This document shows, piece after piece, positions 31,823 through 40,314 of a stretch of 64,000 nt of DNA. Position 1 is the first letter of the stretch. Each line of letters begins with the position of its first letter. The DNA is taken from the NCBI GenBank assembly GCA_902619825.1, contig CACNFT010000003.1:10473-74472 (forward strand), read 5' to 3'. A program made the translations under genes and the position numbers. A model generated the notes under the pieces. The model did not search any database. It was not told the origin of the DNA and was given only the letters and a program-made list of their open reading frames with translations. Source of the stretch: an uncultured Candidatus Actinomarina sp. Its GTDB lineage: Bacteria > Actinomycetota > Acidimicrobiia > Actinomarinales > Actinomarinaceae.

Positions 31823-33239
31823 CAGGTGTCATTCCTCTCAAATAATCTATAACCAATTCTATATCTGACTGTGGAAGTACCGCACCAAATCCTGGCATTT
31901 TTCCACCACCAACTCCATTAACTCCATAACCTTTACCATTGACAGAACCATTAATAATAAAATCGATAAAGTCATCTCTCTCTTTAAACTGAATGTTTAC
32001 TCGTCCACCTTTTAATGCAGGGCCTAAACCTCCAGAGCCAATTGTTTTTGTATATGCAGCTCCTGCAGAGTATCCAGCAGTGTGACATCTCGCACAATAT
32101 GCATTAAATATTCCTACTGCTCTTGTTGCTTTGTCATAATCTCCATCAAAAGTTGAATCTGCAATATCTTGAAAATCAATAAGCCATAATTTTTGTTCGT
32201 AGGCATTTTCAAGAAATGCTAAACCTTTTTCTGCTTCCTGCATAAATTTGTCATAACCATCAGTAAGTATTCCTAGATTAATAACACTCGTTTCGAGATC
32301 AGAAAGATATCCTCTAACAACTGATGCATCTTTTCTTCCTGGAGTTGATTCTTCTTCATCTGGGTTTAGATTTAAAATTGCAGTACCCAAAATATCTGCA
32401 ATACTTTCACTGTAAACTGATATATCTGTTTCTACTGAATCAAAAAGTCCATCTTCATCGGTATCGATTCCGTTCTGCCTTGCTAGGATGGCAGAAACAA
32501 TTTCAACAGCTTCAATTGCAACAGGTAATCTTTCCGGAGCCAACATTATGTTATTGATAAGTTCATTTTGTTTGTTTATCTCACTTTCAACTTGTAAATC
32601 GGAGTTTTCAATGCGTAACAAAGATGAATTTATATTTTGTTCAATTTGTTGAAGTTCCTCACTTTGTGGAATTTGAAAATAATGCAAATACTCTATCAAA
32701 TCGTCAAGCTGTCCATCATTCATTGGACCTCCACCTTTAAGACCCCAAGCTGGCATAGGTGAGTTTGCTCTACCGTATATAAGCCAATACCTAACTTCAT
32801 CATCATCATATCTATAAAATACATTGTTTATTGCAGGGGCTACCCATGTAACACTTACACCACTTCTTTTTTCAACATATGAAGCTGCTCCTCCACTACC
32901 ATCTACTCCATGGCAGTTTCCGCAGCCAAACTCTTCATAAAGATGATGTCCTCTTTCAACTGAAACATCGTCAAACTCTTCTACAAAACTCTCTTGTCGA
33001 GCTGGTTCACCGAGATAATAAAGTGGGATCATAATTGTAAGTAAAGAAGCTAGGACAACTGCTATTGATAATGTTTTATCAAGATGAGTGGTCTCTAATT
33101 CATCATCTGGAAGATATTTTTGTAAATTTCTTGGTACTTTTTTGATTTTTCCTGCACCACGAAAACCAACTGCGGAAAAATAAGCTATTGCCCCAACAAC
33201 AGCTAAGGCAATTAATGTTATGAAAAATGAGCTGTTCAC
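31815..33239 (-). CDS. Membrane-anchored diheme cytochrome c
   Basis: CGNCH and CARCH with downstream MPAW and MPGF axial Met motifs; two N-terminal TM segments. Confidence 0.88.
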   Translation of the reverse strand: MNSSFFITLIALAVVGAIAYFSAVGFRGAGKIKKVPRNLQKYLPDDELETTHLDKTLSIAVVLASLLTIMIPLYYLGEPARQESFVEEFDDVSVERGHHLYEEFGCGNCHGVDGSGGAASYVEKRSGVSVTWVAPAINNVFYRYDDDEVRYWLIYGRANSPMPAWGLKGGGPMNDGQLDDLIEYLHYFQIPQSEELQQIEQNINSSLLRIENSDLQVESEINKQNELINNIMLAPERLPVAIEAVEIVSAILARQNGIDTDEDGLFDSVETDISVYSESIADILGTAILNLNPDEEESTPGRKDASVVRGYLSDLETSVINLGILTDGYDKFMQEAEKGLAFLENAYEQKLWLIDFQDIADSTFDGDYDKATRAVGIFNAYCARCHTAGYSAGAAYTKTIGSGGLGPALKGGRVNIQFKERDDFIDFIINGSVNGKGYGVNGVGGGKMPGFGAVLPQSDIELVIDYLRGMTPDA

Positions 33240-33241
33240 TT

Positions 33242-34120
33242 TTATTCCTCAGTCTCTGCAATCGTAATACACGAAAGTCCTTGTGGATATTTCACAGACA
33301 TACCACCAGCACGTGGTGATTCGATGACTGATCCAGTGTCAATAATTAATTTTCCACCCGAAACACTTACAATAAATCTATCTAAGTTTCTTGGAGCGGG
33401 GCCTGCATAATACTCCCCAACCATGTTGTATTTCGAACCATGACATGGACATTCAAATCCTTGAGAAGTGTTACACCATGGAACACGACAGCCTAAATGA
33501 ACACATCTTTGATAAACAGCAACTAAACCTTCTGCAATGGTTCCACTATCAGAAAACTGAGAGTTACCATTATCATCAAATGGTAAGACGTAAGCTCTTG
33601 CTTCTGGAATGAATGCAGGAATAACTGAACCATCTGATTGAAAAATTTGGTTTTTAAGATCATCAACTCTTCCAGCATCTATTTTAGATCCAAAACCTCC
33701 GGAAACTTTTGGATAAAAGAATCCAAGCCAAGAAATTAATTGGATACCAGCAAATGCTCCAAACGTTATTCCAAGAGCTTTACCCAAAAATTGTCTGCGA
33801 GTCATTCCAGCTTCTTCCTCTGAAATTTCTTCATAAATAATTTCTTCTTTTATAGCAATGGATCCATCGGTTTGAATTTCTTCTTCCTCTTGTTCATCAT
33901 CTTCGGATACGTTTTCTTCTTCAAAATCTGGTTCATCTGGAGCTAAAAAATTTGTTTGAGATTTATCAACTTTTAAAGCTTTTTTGTCTAAATTCTTTTT
34001 CCAATTTAATCTTTTTGTTACAGCCTTTGGGGTTCTTCCAGTTACTACAGCTGCAATTCCAATTACACCAAATACACCAATAAATGCGATTGCAATAAAT
34101 GAAAGCTCAACAAGAGTCAT
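33242..34120 (-). CDS. Rieske [2Fe-2S] subunit of quinol:cytochrome c reductase
   Basis: CVHLGC and CPCHGSKY boxes, GPAPRNL, internal TRRQFL twin-arginine motif. Confidence 0.92.
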   Translation of the reverse strand: MTLVELSFIAIAFIGVFGVIGIAAVVTGRTPKAVTKRLNWKKNLDKKALKVDKSQTNFLAPDEPDFEEENVSEDDEQEEEEIQTDGSIAIKEEIIYEEISEEEAGMTRRQFLGKALGITFGAFAGIQLISWLGFFYPKVSGGFGSKIDAGRVDDLKNQIFQSDGSVIPAFIPEARAYVLPFDDNGNSQFSDSGTIAEGLVAVYQRCVHLGCRVPWCNTSQGFECPCHGSKYNMVGEYYAGPAPRNLDRFIVSVSGGKLIIDTGSVIESPRAGGMSVKYPQGLSCITIAETEE

Positions 34121-35031
34121 TCGAAATGGACCCAGTCAAGTAAGTCATCGAACCATACACCATCAATCCATGGATAAGTCCAGTTCCAACCTGGGCCTCT
34201 AAATAAAATACCTATAAGACTTAATGTTCCAGCACCTGCAAGAAAAAAGGTCCACAACATTATTGCATACTTTCTTTTTGAAGGCTTATTTTCTTTATTT
34301 CGATCAATATATGGAATTGCCATAAATGCTGCAACACCAATTAGAAGAGGTATCATCACACCTGCGATCTGTGGATCCCAATAGGAGAGTAATTCTTGTA
34401 ATCCTAAAAAGTACCATGGTGCTTTTGCAGGGTTTGGTGTAATATTTGGATTTGCTTCTTCTAATAAAGGAGCTTGCAAAATTGCACTTATAAAAATCAA
34501 AAACGCTGTCATTGCCATTAATGAAATAAACTCTGGCAACATTAGATGAGGCCATGTGTTTACTTTATCAACTGGTTCAGAAGTTGGTTTTTGTATTGGC
34601 TTTGCTTTGACTACTGTAAGCAACCTTTGTGTTACTTTTGTCTCAGGAGCAAAATCTACTTCGGTAGGTACCTGTCCATTTGATTTTTCAGGTGCAGGAG
34701 CTGGTGCTTCTTTGACTGCAGACGCTGCTGCTGGTGTTTCTTTGACCTCAGCTGCTGGTGGCGCTGTTTCTTTGACTTCAGCTGCTGGTGGTGGTGTTTC
34801 TTTGACTTCAACTGCTGGTGGCGCTGTTTCTTTGACCTCAGCTGCTGGTGGCGGTGTTTCTTTGACTTCTACTTCAATTGGAGTAACTTCAATTACATCT
34901 GGTTCTTTCTCAATTTTGGTAGGTTGTACTTCACCTCTCATTTCAGCCAGAGCTTGTTCAACTGAAATACCTAAGGCCTTGGCTCTTGCTTCTGCAGTTT
35001 TTAATAATAAATGTTCTGGAATATCAACCAT
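34117..35031 (-). CDS. Cytochrome b6 subunit IV (PetD-like) with N-terminal extension
   Basis: TWPHL, APL...ANP..TP, KAPWYF at the PEWY position, PYIDR. Confidence 0.85.
   Translation of the reverse strand: MVDIPEHLLLKTAEARAKALGISVEQALAEMRGEVQPTKIEKEPDVIEVTPIEVEVKETPPPAAEVKETAPPAVEVKETPPPAAEVKETAPPAAEVKETPAAASAVKEAPAPAPEKSNGQVPTEVDFAPETKVTQRLLTVVKAKPIQKPTSEPVDKVNTWPHLMLPEFISLMAMTAFLIFISAILQAPLLEEANPNITPNPAKAPWYFLGLQELLSYWDPQIAGVMIPLLIGVAAFMAIPYIDRNKENKPSKRKYAIMLWTFFLAGAGTLSLIGILFRGPGWNWTYPWIDGVWFDDLLDWVHFE
34701..34870. repeat. In-frame 30-bp tandem repeat (about 5.5 units; EVKETxPPAA)
   Basis: TTTCTTTGAC recurs every 30 bp with near-identical flanks. Confidence 0.9.
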
Positions 35032-35037
35032 ACATAT

Positions 35038-35817
35038 CTATAGAGGACCTGAGATCCCTCCATCCTTTCTTACTCGCCAGAAATGAATTGCCATAAAAAT
35101 TACAATGATGAAAGGAAAAAATAGAACATGTAAAACATAAAATCTAAGAAGTGTTGCTTCAGTAGCTTCTAGTCCTGCAAATAAGGCAAACTTTACTTGA
35201 GCACCAAAAACAGGAGTGTATCCTGCCATATTTCCACCAACTGTCACAGCCCAAATTGCTAACTGATCCCATGGAAGTAAATAGCCAGTGAATGAAAGTA
35301 AGAGTGTAAGAATTAATAATATAACTCCAATCACCCAGTTAAACTCTCTAGGTGCTTTGTACGCCCCATGATAAAAAACTCGAGACATGTGAAGAAATAC
35401 TACTAACACCATGATATGGGCCGCCCATCTGTGCATATTTCTAACAAGTGATCCAAATGCAATACTTGTCTGTAAAGATTGGATATCAACATACGCCATT
35501 TCTGTAGGCCTAAAGTAAAACATTAACCAAATACCAGTTATGGTCAAAACAATAAAAGTAAAGAAACTTAATCCTCCAAGACAAAGGGTGTATGATAACC
35601 TCACGCCATGTCTTTTTACTTTTACTGGGTGAAGGTGATATAAAACATTGTTCATAACAACATAAGATCTGTTTCTTGGGCTATCGGAATAGCCTTTCCT
35701 AAATGGAGAACCAGGTCTAAAAATACTTCCCCAAAGCGTGCTTTCTTTAAGCGAATCACCAAGACCAGAACTTATGTCTTTTAATCTATCTTTAAATTTA
35801 ATTTTTTCGTTTTTCAT
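35038..35817 (-). CDS. Cytochrome b6-type subunit (PetB-like)
   Basis: CLGG, MHRWAAH..LH, PREFNW, TGYLLPWDQ, LH-x14-H, C-terminal GISGPL. Confidence 0.92.
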   Translation of the reverse strand: MKNEKIKFKDRLKDISSGLGDSLKESTLWGSIFRPGSPFRKGYSDSPRNRSYVVMNNVLYHLHPVKVKRHGVRLSYTLCLGGLSFFTFIVLTITGIWLMFYFRPTEMAYVDIQSLQTSIAFGSLVRNMHRWAAHIMVLVVFLHMSRVFYHGAYKAPREFNWVIGVILLILTLLLSFTGYLLPWDQLAIWAVTVGGNMAGYTPVFGAQVKFALFAGLEATEATLLRFYVLHVLFFPFIIVIFMAIHFWRVRKDGGISGPL

Positions 35818-36266
35818 TAAAGTCTTCCATATATATAGCCATGACGGTCACTTCTCTCTCCAGAGTCTTCATCCCATGGAGATTCATAAACACCATTCTT
35901 TATTGCTGCATCTGCTAAAGATCCAGCAAACTTACCAAGCGATATAACCCCTGTTGGGCACCTATCAACACATAATGCACATCTTGTACAAGCTTCTTCA
36001 TCTACAACAAAGAATCCCGTTTCATTATCTTCCATGTTAGGAGCTTCCACATTTATAGAGTCTTCTATAGCGTCTGTTGATAAGTAATGTATGCACTTCC
36101 ATGGACAGATATCTACACATCCTTCACATAAAATGCACTCTGCCTCATCAATATGTAAAAACTGTTTTGGCCTTACTCTTGAAGAAACCTTTTCCGCGTC
36201 TACCATCGCTAAATTGTATTTTTTTTCAAATTCAGGCATTTCAATAAGTACTTCTGATTTAGCCAT
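35817..36266 (-). CDS. 2x[4Fe-4S] ferredoxin-like protein
   Basis: CILCEGCVDICP and CTRCALCVDRCP; no signal peptide; coupled to cytochrome b gene. Confidence 0.9.
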   Translation of the reverse strand: MAKSEVLIEMPEFEKKYNLAMVDAEKVSSRVRPKQFLHIDEAECILCEGCVDICPWKCIHYLSTDAIEDSINVEAPNMEDNETGFFVVDEEACTRCALCVDRCPTGVISLGKFAGSLADAAIKNGVYESPWDEDSGERSDRHGYIYGRL

Positions 36267-36852
36267 CAGCACCTACCTTCACGACTTGTTTTCCATAATC
36301 AGAAACTCTAGTTTTTCCTCTTTCTTTTGCTTCGTTGATATCTTGAATTAGATACCCTACTACAAAAGCTGTCACTAATGCTCCACCTGATATACCAAGT
36401 TGAATAATGTCTTTCAGAGCTCCGAGGCTCATTCCTATTTCGTTACCTAAAAATAAAATTGGAGGAAAGTTGATAAACTCTCTTTGATTTGTCCATTCAA
36501 GAGGTCCTTGAGAAAGGTTTAACCACTCTGAAGGCAATACACCAAATATAAGTGCAAATTGTATCCAACTAAGAAATGCGAGATATGTTGCTCTGGCCCA
36601 AGTTAATTCAGAATCTTGCCATGCAAGCATTGCCATTCCGATCAATAGAAATTGACCTGCACCAAAAGCAATGAGTTGCCCGATGGTTTGCATTAGCCAT
36701 CCCCTAGGCATCCAATTAAAATAATCGATTACTTCGCCTTCTGGAAATCCAGCGAAATGTGCAATAATTACTCCAATTGTTATGCCACCTACTCCAGCAA
36801 AAATTAAAGCAACTCCGATTTTGTATCGGTTAATAAATATAAAATTTAACAA
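36259..36852 (-). CDS. 4-TM membrane protein, first gene of cytochrome b operon
   Basis: Hydrophobic segments; overlaps ferredoxin start. Confidence 0.65.
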   Translation of the reverse strand: MLNFIFINRYKIGVALIFAGVGGITIGVIIAHFAGFPEGEVIDYFNWMPRGWLMQTIGQLIAFGAGQFLLIGMAMLAWQDSELTWARATYLAFLSWIQFALIFGVLPSEWLNLSQGPLEWTNQREFINFPPILFLGNEIGMSLGALKDIIQLGISGGALVTAFVVGYLIQDINEAKERGKTRVSDYGKQVVKVGADG

Positions 36853-37021
36853 GTTTCCCTCAACACGTTATATACTCAAAACCTTCAATATCTATTCTAT
36901 CAAGGATTACCTAGATATTATAAATTTTATAACCCAACTTTTTCAAAAAATTACTAATTTTATTGGAGTAATTTCTATGGTTTAATAGTAAAGTCAAATT
37001 GAGTACTTACTTTTTAAATTA

Positions 37022-38425
37022 ATGAGAATAAAAATTTTTCCAAAAAATGAACAAGCGTTTTCAAAATTTTTTATTGTTTTAACTCCACTTTTTTTGCTTC
37101 TTTTAGGAACTATTGCATTAACGAAAGAGGCTTATTTCATTTTTGCAGCCATACTCCCTCAAAATAGTTTTCTCAATAGTGGATATTTAGAAAAACTAAA
37201 TAACCATATAACTTACAATTTGATGCTTTCATTTTTAATTGTGTTTTTGACTGTTTACTTATTACCAAAAACACTTGGAAGAAAATTAATAATATTCCCA
37301 ATTTTTTTTCTAACTTCATTAGGAGTTATTGGATTGGAGTCACTTGATCTATTATTAGGAATATTATTTCCTAATAGTTTTTTGTTCTTTGGAAATACTA
37401 GTTATACATTAATTTTTAAAATTTTAATATTTTTTGCCTTTGTTGGACTCATTATTTTAAATATATTGGCCAAAAAAGAAGCTTCTCTGTTTGTTAGTAG
37501 TCAGTATCTTTTTGGTGCAAGTATTTTTTATTTGATATCACTTCTAATTTATAGGGCTGATTTTGTTGTATTTAGCGACAATTTTTTCATTAATTCAATG
37601 TATGTTTCAACACATATATATGTCGGATATTCGTTCGTATTTCTATCATTACTTCATTTCATGATTACAAAAGGTATAAATGCTACGTTATACAGTAAAA
37701 CATTAGGATCTATTGGATTTTGGGGATTCTTGTTTCTTATTCCTTGGTCAAATTTTAAATTTTACTTTGGTTCTGTATTGCCAAATTGGATAGAAAATAT
37801 ATCTCTTTATTTGTCTATGAGTTTGTCTCTCCCACTGCTTGCTATAGCTGTAAATTTCTTCAGAACGGTTTCAACGAGAATTGAGGAAAATAAAGTAATT
37901 TATAGTCTTATAAGTTTCTCGTTTGGGATATTTGTTATAACAAATATCTTTCAAATTGTGTCCTCGCTCTCAAATATCATTCCCATATTGAGTCTTACAA
38001 ATTTTGAGATAGCAATTAGATATGGATATGTTTTCAGTGCAATATTAATTACAATCTCGTTTGTTTATTATCTGATTCCTAAAATCTTTGGAAGAGAAGT
38101 CAAATTTTCAAGGCTTGAATCTTTAACTAGTTTTCTATTAAAACTTGTGGTGTCTTTAACATTATTTTCTAATGCTTTAATCGGAATTATTTCTGGTTAC
38201 TCATGGAATGCTGGTGCCAATGCAGGAAACCCAACAATCTATGGTGAAGGGTTCAGTTTATTGTGGTCACTAATCAGTACTCCTTTAACGCTAAATATGT
38301 TTTTATCTTTGACATTACTTCTGCCATTTCTGTTGTTTTTCATTTCAGTCGTCAAGGCTGTAGTAAATGGAGAAATTACAGAAGCAGAAACAATTGAACT
38401 TACTGAAGAGGAGCTTCCAGTATGA
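37022..38425 (+). CDS. Degenerate cbb3-type oxidase subunit I (CcoN)-like membrane protein
   Basis: About 12 TM; LYSKTL...FW, LPNW, YYLIPKIFGRE, G..W match the CcoN scaffold; only 3 His in total; followed by CcoO-like gene. Confidence 0.6.
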   Translation: MRIKIFPKNEQAFSKFFIVLTPLFLLLLGTIALTKEAYFIFAAILPQNSFLNSGYLEKLNNHITYNLMLSFLIVFLTVYLLPKTLGRKLIIFPIFFLTSLGVIGLESLDLLLGILFPNSFLFFGNTSYTLIFKILIFFAFVGLIILNILAKKEASLFVSSQYLFGASIFYLISLLIYRADFVVFSDNFFINSMYVSTHIYVGYSFVFLSLLHFMITKGINATLYSKTLGSIGFWGFLFLIPWSNFKFYFGSVLPNWIENISLYLSMSLSLPLLAIAVNFFRTVSTRIEENKVIYSLISFSFGIFVITNIFQIVSSLSNIIPILSLTNFEIAIRYGYVFSAILITISFVYYLIPKIFGREVKFSRLESLTSFLLKLVVSLTLFSNALIGIISGYSWNAGANAGNPTIYGEGFSLLWSLISTPLTLNMFLSLTLLLPFLLFFISVVKAVVNGEITEAETIELTEEELPV

Positions 38426-38618
38426 GTGAACTCTTAAGTAAAGTTGCTGAATTATTAAACGCGCCAGAATCATTGGTGCAACGATCTGCTGAAGCAAGAG
38501 CAGAGGCCTCTGGAAGAACTGTAGATGAAGTTTTACAATCCTGGGCTGGAGGAGAGTCTGTGGCTGCTGCAGAAAAACCTGTCGAAGAAACACCTCCTGT
38601 GGAAGAAGTGGCACAACC
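38422..38618. repeat. 197-bp direct repeat, copy 1
   Basis: Identical by eye to 39236..39432; begins exactly at the ATG. Confidence 0.95.
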
Positions 38619-39243
38619 TATAGAGAAACCTGTAGAAACATCAGAAGAGGAAAAAGATGAAGAACAAGAATCAACTGAAGAATCATCAATTGTTTTTGAT
38701 GAAAATGTTTCTGAATTGATTACGGAGGTATTAATAGAAGAAGAAAATGTTGCAGTAAAAAAAGAAAGTTCGATTGGATTTATTGCCGGTGTAATTGGAG
38801 TAGTTGTCTTTACATACCTATTTGCTTTCTCAATACCAAAACAACAAAGCGAGGAATTAGTCAGACAATCTTTAAATAATTCAATTCAAGTTAGTGATGA
38901 TATATTAAAAGGAGCAATTGTGTATAACCAATTAAATTGTCAATCATGTCATACACAAAATGTAAGAATACTTATTCCTGATTCACAAAATGGAAAAATA
39001 CTAAAAAATCAACTTGCAGATAAAAATATTATAGAAAATACTGGGTTACTTAGATTAGCTACTGACCTATCAACATTTGGAAATAGGGAGCCAATAAACC
39101 AAAAAGCATGGCTACAAAGATATTTAACTCAACCTTCCTCTGTAAGAGAAGAAATACCCCATCCATCAGTAAATTTCCTTACCGATCAAGATTTAGATTA
39201 TTTGATAACTTATTTATTATCTTTAGGAAGTACAAATGAGTGA
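38422..39243 (+). CDS. cbb3-type oxidase subunit II (CcoO)-like monoheme cytochrome c
   Basis: G..VY....CQSCHTQNVR, R..TDLS..GNR, W...YL..P resemble CcoO; one TM segment. Confidence 0.75.
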   Translation: MSELLSKVAELLNAPESLVQRSAEARAEASGRTVDEVLQSWAGGESVAAAEKPVEETPPVEEVAQPIEKPVETSEEEKDEEQESTEESSIVFDENVSELITEVLIEEENVAVKKESSIGFIAGVIGVVVFTYLFAFSIPKQQSEELVRQSLNNSIQVSDDILKGAIVYNQLNCQSCHTQNVRILIPDSQNGKILKNQLADKNIIENTGLLRLATDLSTFGNREPINQKAWLQRYLTQPSSVREEIPHPSVNFLTDQDLDYLITYLLSLGSTNE

Positions 39244-39432
39244 ACTCTTAAGTAAAGTTGCTGAATTATTAAACGCGCCAGAATCATTGGTGCAACGATC
39301 TGCTGAAGCAAGAGCAGAGGCCTCTGGAAGAACTGTAGATGAAGTTTTACAATCCTGGGCTGGAGGAGAGTCTGTGGCTGCTGCAGAAAAACCTGTCGAA
39401 GAAACACCTCCTGTGGAAGAAGTGGCACAACC
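39236..39432. repeat. 197-bp direct repeat, copy 2
   Basis: Identical by eye to 38422..38618. Confidence 0.95.
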
Positions 39433-40186
39433 AGTTGATGAAAAAAAAGATGTAGAGGAACCCAAAGAAGAGTCTGTAGAAATAATCAAGAATGAGAGCG
39501 AAAAATTACCAACTGTATCTTCTCAAACAAATATAAAAAAAGTTATACAAAAAGTATCTTTTGCAAATAAGACATTGGATATAAAGGTAAATGCGGAAAC
39601 ATCTTTGCCGAGATGGCTAAATTTTAGTTTTGTATTTATTCCTCTCTTTATTGTTATTGGGATAATCAATACATCATCGACACAAGAATGTGGGGAGAAT
39701 GGAATTTTAGATGTTGATCGAAAAACTCAATTAACTGTGAATTGTGATGGATCGCCATTTGAAGGTAAAGGTGTTGGATCTGCAAGCTCAATAAACTATA
39801 TCGCACTTGGACAACAAGTTTATTCTGGCGCTGCTGCTTGTGCTGGTTGTCATGGAGTAAATGGTGGCGGCGGGGTAGGTCCTGCATTTACAGGTGGAGA
39901 GCTTTATACAACTTTTCCAACTTGTAGTGATCATGCATTGTGGATTGAACTTGGTTCTGCAGGTTGGCAGGCTGAAATTGGACCCGCATATGGAGCAGAG
40001 AATAAAGTATCAATCGGCGGAATGCCCGGATTTGTAGGAAAACTTACTGAAGATGAGATTTACGCAGTTGTGGTTTTTGAAAGAGTAGTATTTGGTGGTG
40101 GAAATACTGACGAAGTACTCGAAGACTGTGGACTTCTTGAAACAGATGAGGAAATCACTACAGAAGCTATTGAGCCAACTGGTTAA
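39236..40186 (+). CDS. Membrane-anchored monoheme cytochrome c
   Basis: CAGCHG..G.GG.GP, GGMPGF axial Met; one TM segment. Confidence 0.85.
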   Translation: MSELLSKVAELLNAPESLVQRSAEARAEASGRTVDEVLQSWAGGESVAAAEKPVEETPPVEEVAQPVDEKKDVEEPKEESVEIIKNESEKLPTVSSQTNIKKVIQKVSFANKTLDIKVNAETSLPRWLNFSFVFIPLFIVIGIINTSSTQECGENGILDVDRKTQLTVNCDGSPFEGKGVGSASSINYIALGQQVYSGAAACAGCHGVNGGGGVGPAFTGGELYTTFPTCSDHALWIELGSAGWQAEIGPAYGAENKVSIGGMPGFVGKLTEDEIYAVVVFERVVFGGGNTDEVLEDCGLLETDEEITTEAIEPTG

Positions 40187-40314
40187 ATAATCACAAAAAA
40201 TCAAGTTGATTGTTATAAGATTCAAACTATTATTTTTTTATGTTACCTGCAATATATATTCATATATTTTTAATCGCTTTTAGCATTGTTCTCTTTTACG
40301 TTGTTTTATAAATT

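Noticed and set aside
34701..34870. 30-bp periodic repeats as a CRISPR array
   Set aside because: No unique spacers, in-frame coding, no cas genes; the same applies to 50929..51009
37022..39243. Functional cbb3-type oxidase
   Set aside because: Subunit I has only three histidines and lacks the HH and HxH ligand motifs
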